From an uncultured Bacteroidales bacterium (GTDB lineage Bacteria; Bacteroidota; Bacteroidia; Bacteroidales; CAIWKO01): DNA of 29,119 nucleotides. Shown one piece after another: positions 16,428 through 23,353 of this stretch. Position numbers and translations under genes: made by a program. Positions within the stretch are counted from its first letter, which is position 1, and every line of letters starts with the position of its first letter. The notes beneath the pieces are model-generated. The model worked only from the letters and a program-made list of their open reading frames with translations. It did no database searches and was not told where the DNA came from. The stretch is from the NCBI GenBank assembly GCA_964574845.1, contig CAZNRQ010000002.1, positions 1 through 29,119 on the forward strand, given 5' to 3'.

Positions 16428-17678
16428 ATGAAAAAGATAATAGCTGCAGTAATTGGCACACTTCTGTTGTGTTCGATAAATTTAGTTAATGCACAGTTTT
16501 TAACCACCCATTATTATACTGGTAATTGCGCTATTGCCAGTGATTATGTCATGGGAGGAGTAGCGGTCGACACCAATAATAACAAATGGTTCGGTACCGA
16601 TCAGGGAGTTGTGAAATACAACGGCAGCACCTGGGCCACTTATACCACTGCAGATGGACTTCCTGTTAATATCATTTCTTGCATTGCAGTTGATAAAAAC
16701 AACAATATATGGATTGGGACAGATGGTGATGGTGTTGCAAAATTTAATGGAAGCACCTGGACCAAATATACTACTGCAGATGGGTTGTGCGATAATGGCA
16801 TTCGTTATGTTGCAGGCGATATCAATGGCGATGTCTGGTTCGGTTCGGGGGGGGCTGGTGTATCCAAACTGAGTGGAGCCACTTGGACTACCTATACTAC
16901 CGGCCTTCCTATGAACGGAGGAATTTATGCGGCTGTAAACTTCATAACAGTGGATAACTCCGGAACCAAATGGTTTGGCACTGATGCCGGTGTGGCTAAA
17001 TTTAATGGTACTACCTGGACAGTAATCGATCAGTCAGTTGAAGACAGTCTGGTGGATAACGGTATTACATCGATTGCAATCGATGCTGCTAATAACAAGT
17101 GGATTGGAACTTTAAGTGGAATTACCAAGTTGAACAGTTCAGATGTCTGGGTGAAGAACTACAGACCTATTGATGGTATGTATAACAATGGCTTAAGAGA
17201 TCTGGACATTGATGTCAATGGGAAACTGTGGATGGGATTATATACCGATTATAACAACAATGGTGGTATTACACGTTTTGATGGTACCAGCTGGACCTCA
17301 CAGCAATTCGACTTCCCAGATTCAGTTTCTGCTGATTGGATCTTTCGTCTAGCGGTCGACAAAAACAACGATGTTTGGGTGGCTATGGATTATGGGGTAA
17401 TTAAAATTGATCATACAAGTTCCATAAGTGAGAATCAGCAAAGTGGTGCTCTTAATGTATTCCCCAACCCGGTTTCGGACAGAATTACACTAAATTTGGA
17501 TATCAATAGTTGCCAGAAAGATCAGTTGGTTCAAATATACAATGCCGTGCAGAAAGTTAAAGAGGTGAATATGCCTGCCTTCATGGCTTCAACAACCATT
17601 CCGGTGGATGATTTGCCTTGTGGTTTATATTTTGTAAGAGTTGGAAATTTAACTAATAAAATAATTATCAGCAGGTAA
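16428..17678 (+). CDS. Seven-bladed two-component-regulator-type (Reg_prop) propeller with T9SS C-terminal domain
   Basis: Seven blades centred on KWFGT, IWIGT, VWFGS, KWFGT, KWIGT, LWMGL, VWVAM, with repeated NGSTW-YTTADGL. CTD VFPNPVSD-GLYFVRV-KIIISR. Confidence 0.88.
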   Translation: MKKIIAAVIGTLLLCSINLVNAQFLTTHYYTGNCAIASDYVMGGVAVDTNNNKWFGTDQGVVKYNGSTWATYTTADGLPVNIISCIAVDKNNNIWIGTDGDGVAKFNGSTWTKYTTADGLCDNGIRYVAGDINGDVWFGSGGAGVSKLSGATWTTYTTGLPMNGGIYAAVNFITVDNSGTKWFGTDAGVAKFNGTTWTVIDQSVEDSLVDNGITSIAIDAANNKWIGTLSGITKLNSSDVWVKNYRPIDGMYNNGLRDLDIDVNGKLWMGLYTDYNNNGGITRFDGTSWTSQQFDFPDSVSADWIFRLAVDKNNDVWVAMDYGVIKIDHTSSISENQQSGALNVFPNPVSDRITLNLDINSCQKDQLVQIYNAVQKVKEVNMPAFMASTTIPVDDLPCGLYFVRVGNLTNKIIISR

Positions 17679-17689
17679 ATCATCTGTAA

Positions 17690-18826
17690 ATGAAAAGCCC
17701 GTCGATCAGAAGAAGCACTTTCCTTATTGTCTTTATAATTAATATCAATTTAGTTTTTGGGCAGAATTTTGCCATTATTTCTGATATTCACGGGGCAACT
17801 CCATCGACTTTGAGTGTTTGCAATCTTGTTAAAAACTGGTCACCGGACTTTATCATTACATGTGGCGATAATAATTACGCTTCTGTCAATGCTATCGATA
17901 CACAAGTAGGTCAGTTTTATCATGAATTTATTTCTCCTTATCTAGGTGTGTTTGGAGTAGGAGATACCATTAATCGTTTTTTTTCAGGGTTGGGCAATCA
18001 TGATGTAGAAAGTGGCGGAATAAGTTCTTATCTCCCGTATGTGAATTTGCCCGGGAATGAAAGATATTACGATTTTGTCAGAGGGTATGTGCATTTCTTT
18101 TGCATTAATAGTAATATTGATGAGCCCGATGGTGTTGCAGATACTTCAATTCAGGCACAATGGCTTCATGCTCATCTGTCGGCCTCCACTTCTTTGTATA
18201 ATATTGTTTATTTTCATCATCCTCCTTATTCGTCAGGACTGGTGCATGGAAGTACCACTTATATGCAATGGCCCTTTATACAATGGGGTGCCAGTGCTGT
18301 TTTTTCCGGACATGATCATATATATGAACGACTGAATATTGGGGGGTTACCCTATTTTATTTGTGGTACGGGTGGCGGCCCTCTATATTCTGTTAATCCA
18401 ATACCCGGCAGCGAATTCATTAATAATACGAATCATGGAGCCATGTGGATTGTAGCAAATGCAGATAGCATGGTCCTAAAGTTTATAAATACGGGTGACA
18501 CCCTTATTGATGAGTATTATATAGTTCCAGGCATTCCGGCTCATGTTGAAAATCAATTCTATTCTGAGCCATTTAGTGTGAATATATACCCCAATCCGGC
18601 CTTACAAAATGTTACAGTTAGTTTCGCTAATTATGAGCAGGATTTTGTGATTACAATTACTGATGTTTTTGGTAGAATTCTCTTTCATAAAGATTATACC
18701 AATAATAATTGTAAATTTGAAACTGTAATACAAAATATTGATGTAAAGGCATTATCTTGTGGAAATTATTTTATTAACGTTCATTGTCAGAATAAAACTG
18801 TTACCCGAAAACTTGTAATTAATTAA
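17690..18826 (+). CDS. Calcineurin-like metallophosphoesterase (purple acid phosphatase-like) with T9SS C-terminal domain
   Basis: All five metal-binding blocks: SDIHG, GDNNY, LGNHD, FHHPPYS, SGHDHIYER. CTD IYPNPA-GNYFINV-RKLVIN. Confidence 0.92.
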   Translation: MKSPSIRRSTFLIVFIININLVFGQNFAIISDIHGATPSTLSVCNLVKNWSPDFIITCGDNNYASVNAIDTQVGQFYHEFISPYLGVFGVGDTINRFFSGLGNHDVESGGISSYLPYVNLPGNERYYDFVRGYVHFFCINSNIDEPDGVADTSIQAQWLHAHLSASTSLYNIVYFHHPPYSSGLVHGSTTYMQWPFIQWGASAVFSGHDHIYERLNIGGLPYFICGTGGGPLYSVNPIPGSEFINNTNHGAMWIVANADSMVLKFINTGDTLIDEYYIVPGIPAHVENQFYSEPFSVNIYPNPALQNVTVSFANYEQDFVITITDVFGRILFHKDYTNNNCKFETVIQNIDVKALSCGNYFINVHCQNKTVTRKLVIN

Positions 18827-18859
18827 ATAAATATATAAATGTTAAACAACCCTAATAAA

Positions 18860-19261
18860 ATGAAAAAACTGTTACTAATCGTTTTACCGCTTTTTATAGT
18901 GGTTTTGATCTCATCCTGTTCAAAGGATCCCGGTGTGGGAGGAAATGGTTCCATCCATGGCAAGGTGTATGCAAAATATTATAACAAATACTTTACTGTT
19001 TTTTTAGGTGAGGGATATGCTGCCGACAAGGAAGTTTATATAATTTACGGTGATGATCTGGACTATGGAGATAAGGTGAACACCAACTATGACGGCAGTT
19101 ACGAATTCAAATATTTGAGGAAGGGTAAATACAAAGTGGTGACCTATTCAAAAGATTCCACACTTACCGTTCCATCAGGAACCATCGCTGTAATTCAAGA
19201 AGGAGAGATATCGAGTAACAAGGAAAGCGTTGAACTGCCAGATTTGAAAATTTTTGACTAA
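18860..19261 (+). CDS. Lipoprotein with a probable prealbumin/carboxypeptidase-regulatory-like beta-sandwich
   Basis: MKKLLLIVLPLFIVVLISS-C lipobox (ATG 18860 preferred over 18839). GSIHGKVY and TNYDGSYEFKYLRKGKYKVV. Confidence 0.8.
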   Translation: MKKLLLIVLPLFIVVLISSCSKDPGVGGNGSIHGKVYAKYYNKYFTVFLGEGYAADKEVYIIYGDDLDYGDKVNTNYDGSYEFKYLRKGKYKVVTYSKDSTLTVPSGTIAVIQEGEISSNKESVELPDLKIFD

Positions 19262-19279
19262 CCATTCAAATTAACGGAA

Positions 19280-19774
19280 ATGAGAACCATGAATATACTG
19301 ACTTTGGCAGTGCTCTGCTTCGCACTTAGCAACGCCATGGGACAGGGAAAAAAAGAAATCAGGGACAATAAAATTGCAACCGAAACATCTTATGTGACAG
19401 CAACAGAGAATGGTAAGGAAGTTACCTACAAGGATTCCTACACTGTTTATGATAAGAATGGCTGTGTTACTGAACAGACCGAGTATAATAAAGAAGGTGC
19501 AATTAAAAGAAAAGAGACTAATAAATACAATGCCAATAAGGACAAGATAGAGGAGGTGGTATACGACGGTAAGGATAAGACCACTCAAAAAACAACATAT
19601 TTTTATAATTCGGAGTATCAAAAAATAGGAGAGATAGAGTATGATGGTGTAGGTCAAATCAAAAAACAGAGCCTTACTACCTATAATCCCAATGGAATGA
19701 AGGCCGAAAAGAAAACCTATGATGCCAATAAAAAACTGATCTCTACGAAGAAATTCACCTATACTACTAAATAG
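19280..19774 (+). CDS. Secreted Lys/Thr/Tyr-rich protein with YD/RHS-like beta-hairpin repeats
   Basis: Signal peptide ending NAMG-Q. Recurrent Y[DN]xxG/K turns about every 11-13 aa (YDKNG, YNKEG, YNANK, YDGKD, YNSEY, YDGVG, YNPNG, YDANK). Confidence 0.8.
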   Translation: MRTMNILTLAVLCFALSNAMGQGKKEIRDNKIATETSYVTATENGKEVTYKDSYTVYDKNGCVTEQTEYNKEGAIKRKETNKYNANKDKIEEVVYDGKDKTTQKTTYFYNSEYQKIGEIEYDGVGQIKKQSLTTYNPNGMKAEKKTYDANKKLISTKKFTYTTK

Positions 19775-19781
19775 TCCCTCA

Positions 19782-20540
19782 TTGGTGGATAACCTTAACG
19801 AAATATTGCAAAAATTTTCACCTATTTCATTAACTGAAATGGATAGCGTTAAACTGATGAACAGGTCGGATACAAAGTTTATTTTCCGTCGCGAACTTCT
19901 AACGACTATATTAGAACAAGTTAGAGACGAATATTTCGTTCTTGAGGTAGAAGGTGTGAGAAATAGCCGTTACGAAACTCTTTATTATGACACAGAAGAT
20001 TTTAAGCTTTTTCATCAGCACCGCTGCGATAAAGCTTCCCGCGAAAAGATTCGTTTAAGGACTTATCTTGAATCTGATCTGCATTTCTTTGAGATTAAGA
20101 AAAAAACAAATAAGGGTAAGACTATAAAGGCCCGTATACAAAGAAGCGAACAGACAGCACAGTTTTCTGAACGCACCCACGATTTTTTACAAAATAAATC
20201 AGATACGGATGGAAGTGAACTAGTGCCCAAATTGTGGACGAAAAACTCAAGAATTACTCTAGTTAACAAGAATCTTCCTGAAAGGCTAACCATTGACACT
20301 GATCTCTTATTTTGTAATATGGAGAAAGAAGAATCCCTATCAGAATTAGTAATTGCCGAACTTAAACAGGAAAAAAAACAACGATCGGCATTTACGGATA
20401 TCATGCGTTGTAAAAGAATACCTGAAATTTCCATAAGCAAATATTGTTTTGGGGTTATATTTCTGTATGAGCATATCCGCATGAACAATTTTAAACCAAA
20501 GCTATTAATTTTAAATAAATTACGACATGAGCCTCTTTAA
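19782..20540 (+). CDS. VTC (polyphosphate polymerase) domain protein, CYTH/TTM fold
   Basis: LMNRSDTKFI, YETLYYDT, REKIRLRTY, FFEIKKK, RITLV, ERLTIDTDL, AELKQ, ISKYC. No signal peptide or TM segment. Start is uncertain (TTG 19782 or GTG 19785). Confidence 0.9.
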   Translation: MVDNLNEILQKFSPISLTEMDSVKLMNRSDTKFIFRRELLTTILEQVRDEYFVLEVEGVRNSRYETLYYDTEDFKLFHQHRCDKASREKIRLRTYLESDLHFFEIKKKTNKGKTIKARIQRSEQTAQFSERTHDFLQNKSDTDGSELVPKLWTKNSRITLVNKNLPERLTIDTDLLFCNMEKEESLSELVIAELKQEKKQRSAFTDIMRCKRIPEISISKYCFGVIFLYEHIRMNNFKPKLLILNKLRHEPL

Positions 20541-21333
20541 AAGTATTTTACTTGTTATCATTGTAATTCTGTTCAGTATGCCCGCTTCCGTAGCGATAGC
20601 ACAAACAGTGACCCCCGATAATAACACCGAAACCGTCCAGGTAACCGAAATAACTAAAGCAGAAAAGAAAAAAGATAAAAAGAAAGATGAAGAAGGGGAT
20701 AAAGAAAGTAAATTGCAGATAGGTACTACATTCTATTTAAATTTTCTGATAAATCTCGCCACTGTATTTATTTTGATAGTTTTTATCTATTATCCTAACT
20801 ACAAGAATAAGGATGTATTCTTCACGTATTTTCTTTTCAATATTGCAATTTTTCTGCTAACTTACTTGATGAATCAGATCAAAATATCAATGGGGGCAGC
20901 TTTCGGACTATTTGCCGTTTTCTCAATGCTTCGATACCGAACCGAGGGTATATCAATCAAAGATATGACCTACCTGTTTATTGTAATTGCAGTAGGCTTG
21001 GTTAGTGCCATACAGCTTGAGTTTTATAATCTGGGTATTATTAATGGAATTATTGTTATTTCCACCTTTCTACTTGATGGGAATATTATTATGAAACGTG
21101 AGTTTTCGAAACGCATCCAGTATGACAATATCGACTTTATCAAGCCAGAGAATTATGATAAATTACTGGAAGATCTTAATAATAGGACCGGGTTAAAGAT
21201 CAGGAGAATATCCATTTTGAAAATAGACTTTTTACGTGATCTTGCCGTAATAGATGTCTTTTATTATAATGGTAAAAAGGACAAGAATTCGGATGTTTCA
21301 CGTGTTGATTCATTGATCAGTGCAACCGATTAA
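20527..21333 (+). CDS. DUF4956-family inner-membrane protein with an N-terminal signal-like extension
   Basis: FGLFAVFSMLRYRT, IKDMTYLFIVIAVGL, about 5 hydrophobic segments, and a C-terminal soluble domain (LLEDLNNRTGLKI). Overlaps the VTC gene by 14 nt. Confidence 0.88.
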   Translation: MSLFKSILLVIIVILFSMPASVAIAQTVTPDNNTETVQVTEITKAEKKKDKKKDEEGDKESKLQIGTTFYLNFLINLATVFILIVFIYYPNYKNKDVFFTYFLFNIAIFLLTYLMNQIKISMGAAFGLFAVFSMLRYRTEGISIKDMTYLFIVIAVGLVSAIQLEFYNLGIINGIIVISTFLLDGNIIMKREFSKRIQYDNIDFIKPENYDKLLEDLNNRTGLKIRRISILKIDFLRDLAVIDVFYYNGKKDKNSDVSRVDSLISATD

Positions 21334-21343
21334 TTTAACAGTT

Positions 21344-22021
21344 ATGCTCCGTAACTTTAATAAAATAGTAATTTCAGCTTTTCTGTTCTTGACGGCTTCT
21401 GCGGCCTTTGCCCAGTGGAACGATGCCCATTTGTGGACCAGCATTAGCATAGAAAAGAAGATAATAAAGAACTTTTCGGTTACGGTTTCGGAGGAACTTC
21501 GATTCTCTGAAAACATTACCGAACTGGGGACCTTTTTTACGGATATAGGATTGAACTATAAAATAAACAAGCATTGGCGCGTTTCGGGAGATTACCGGTT
21601 TACAAACAAGATCCGTCTGGACAATTCGTACAGTAAACGCCATCGTTATTATTTCGATCTGTCGTTTCGTAAGAAGTTCTACCAGTTTTCTATCCTGGCA
21701 CGTACACGTATCCAGTCGCAGTATGCCGATGTGAACAGCAGCGAAACGGGTCATTTGGCCGAATATTATTCGCGTAACAAGCTAACGCTGAAATATAATA
21801 TTACCTCAAAAATAGCGCCCTATCTGTCAGCAGAAGCGTTTATACCGCTGAACAATCCCGAAGTAAAGGGCATTGATAATATGCGTTACAGTTTGGGCCT
21901 GGAATGGGAGTTTCTTAAGAACTCTACACTTGATGTGTTTTATATGATACAACAACAATATCAGGCCAAAGACCCTGAACGTGATTTTGTGACGGGTATT
22001 GGCTATAGTTATTCGTTCTAA
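21344..22021 (+). CDS. DUF2490-family outer-membrane beta-barrel
   Basis: Signal peptide ending AAFA-Q, amphipathic strands (EELRF, DIGLNYKI, RNKLTLKYNI, PYLSAEAF, LDVFYMIQ) and C-terminal YSYSF. ATG 21344 preferred, GTG 21320 possible. Confidence 0.82.
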   Translation: MLRNFNKIVISAFLFLTASAAFAQWNDAHLWTSISIEKKIIKNFSVTVSEELRFSENITELGTFFTDIGLNYKINKHWRVSGDYRFTNKIRLDNSYSKRHRYYFDLSFRKKFYQFSILARTRIQSQYADVNSSETGHLAEYYSRNKLTLKYNITSKIAPYLSAEAFIPLNNPEVKGIDNMRYSLGLEWEFLKNSTLDVFYMIQQQYQAKDPERDFVTGIGYSYSF

Positions 22022-22078
22022 TCAGGTTGGCTGTCGTTGCTTGTTCTTAGGTCGTTTGATTATGATTATAAACATCTC

Positions 22079-22141
22079 TTTTTTATAAAAAATTAAATTT
22101 CTCTTGGAATATCCCTCCAAGAGTATTAATTTTATAAAAAA
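22079..22141. repeat. Imperfect long inverted repeat upstream of the beta-propeller gene
   Basis: Inner arms CTCTTGGA/TCCAAGAG (22101-22108, 22116-22123). Outer arms TTTTTTATAAAA/TTTTATAAAAAA (22079-22090, 22130-22141). Confidence 0.5.
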
Positions 22142-22151
22142 AACTAAAACG

Positions 22152-22892
22152 ATGAAAAAAACCTTGCTGTTTTTAAGCGCAATTATTGTGCTTTTGGCTT
22201 TTAATACACAGGTAAAAGCCCAGATTCTCATTCCAAAGATCACTTTTGAGGAAACACCCCTTACGCATAATGTTCACATCGCCTCTGATGGTGAATATTA
22301 TTATACCTGTAATGGCGGTCGCTCCAACAAAGGCCAGATTCAGAAGTTTTCGTTCAACGGGCGCTTACTCGATACTTACGAAATGTTGCTGGATATGCGT
22401 TCGATCATGTATAATCAGAAAGAAAAATGTTTCTATGTATGCACTTACGAACGGGATATTTATAAAATAACCAGTCTTGAACATGGAAGTTACGAAAAGG
22501 TGAAGAGCGAAATGTACGAGAATGAGCAGGCCAATCTGGCCATGAGTGCCGATGGGAAGTATCTTTACTACTTTACGGACGGTACTCTCAAAATCTATAA
22601 GTTTCCTTCGGGTAAAGTGTCGAAAACCATAAAGGATCTCGATTGTGGTAAGGAATTCACCACGGGTAGTGGAGCTGTTGCCTGCGACGGAAAGTATTTC
22701 TATACTTTTAACGGCGATTATAAAATGATCTATGCCTACGATATGAAGGGCAAAAAAGTGAAATCATTCGAGATTGAGCAGGGAACCTACGGTTTCTCTC
22801 TTTCATGTGCCAATGGTTTGGTTTTTGTATCCGATGACGGCAACTATGAAGTTGGCAAATGGTATGGCTACGATCTGTGGTCAAAACAGTAA
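22152..22892 (+). CDS. Secreted hypothetical protein, probable beta-propeller
   Basis: Signal peptide MKKTLLFLSAIIVLLAFNTQVKA-Q (ATG 22152 preferred over TTG 22104). Blade-like repeats IASDGEYYYT, AMSADGKYLYY, VACDGKYFYT. No T9SS CTD. Confidence 0.82.
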   Translation: MKKTLLFLSAIIVLLAFNTQVKAQILIPKITFEETPLTHNVHIASDGEYYYTCNGGRSNKGQIQKFSFNGRLLDTYEMLLDMRSIMYNQKEKCFYVCTYERDIYKITSLEHGSYEKVKSEMYENEQANLAMSADGKYLYYFTDGTLKIYKFPSGKVSKTIKDLDCGKEFTTGSGAVACDGKYFYTFNGDYKMIYAYDMKGKKVKSFEIEQGTYGFSLSCANGLVFVSDDGNYEVGKWYGYDLWSKQ

Positions 22893-22908
22893 AATGTATT
22901 GAGTTTCG

Positions 22909-22948
22909 AAAGGGCAGGATGGTGTTGGAATCATTCTGCCCTTTTTTT
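22909..22948 (+). terminator. Intrinsic terminator
   Basis: AAAGGGCAGGATG-(loop)-CATTCTGCCCTTT stem (one G-U pair) running into T7 (22942-22948). Confidence 0.85.
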
Positions 22949-23121
22949 CGTTCCCGACAAGAGTTAGTCTTCCACAGGAGGGCGGATTGGAATGTATTGT
23001 TCTATTTCATGCTAATATGCTGAAATGTAATTCGCTGTTAATATAATTCAAAGTAATTCCATGTCTTGCGGTCTCGCACATAATACTAAATAATGTCTTA
23101 TCATGCATTACAGGCTCCCAT

Positions 23122-23252
23122 ATGACATGATGTGACGTCGCATCAAGTTATACGGGTTCGGAGATGACATGAAATTACGTCACATTACGTCGTACGGACA
23201 TCCTTATGGTATTAACGTCGTATAATACCATAAGGACTTGGGGATGACATGA
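23122..23252. other. Structured intergenic element with nested direct and inverted repeats
   Basis: ATGACATGA three times (23122, 23164, 23244), degenerate 42-nt duplication, ATTACGTC tandem (23174, 23184), and a perfect 14-bp inverted repeat TCCTTATGGTATTA/TAATACCATAAGGA (23201-23236). Confidence 0.7.
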
Positions 23253-23353
23253 TATAACTTTTGTTCTTTTTAAAACTTTACGATATACTATTATAATACT
23301 GCTATTTGGTGGAGAAAAAAGAACTAATATGAAAGGAGAAATATTTATTATGC

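Noticed and set aside
16428-17678. porZ, or a broken hybrid two-component sensor
   Set aside because: It has only one propeller (PorZ has two) and ends in an intact CTD with no TM or kinase remnant and no frameshift.
19271-19657. Hydrophobic 128-aa minus-strand ORF
   Set aside because: Antisense to a Lys-rich gene inside a tight operon. The hydrophobicity is the expected mirror of A-rich codons.
19280-19774. RHS toxin or toxin-immunity module
   Set aside because: Only short hairpin repeats are present, with no RHS core, no cleavage motif, no toxin domain and no immunity-like partner.
10471-19792. Identical 12-mer ATTGGTGGATAA upstream of the sensor kinase (10471) and at the VTC start (19781)
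   Set aside because: Many chance 12-mer matches are expected in 29 kb, and no third copy or consistent spacing to a promoter was seen.
10598-22021. Integrative element or prophage carrying the central operon
   Set aside because: No integrase, transposase, tRNA target, att-like repeats or phage genes are visible.
23201-23236. Intrinsic terminator for the minus-strand operon
   Set aside because: The perfect stem has no U-tract on either side.
22950-23350. tRNA or known riboswitch in the long intergenic gap
   Set aside because: No cloverleaf, T-loop or recognisable aptamer consensus could be read on either strand.
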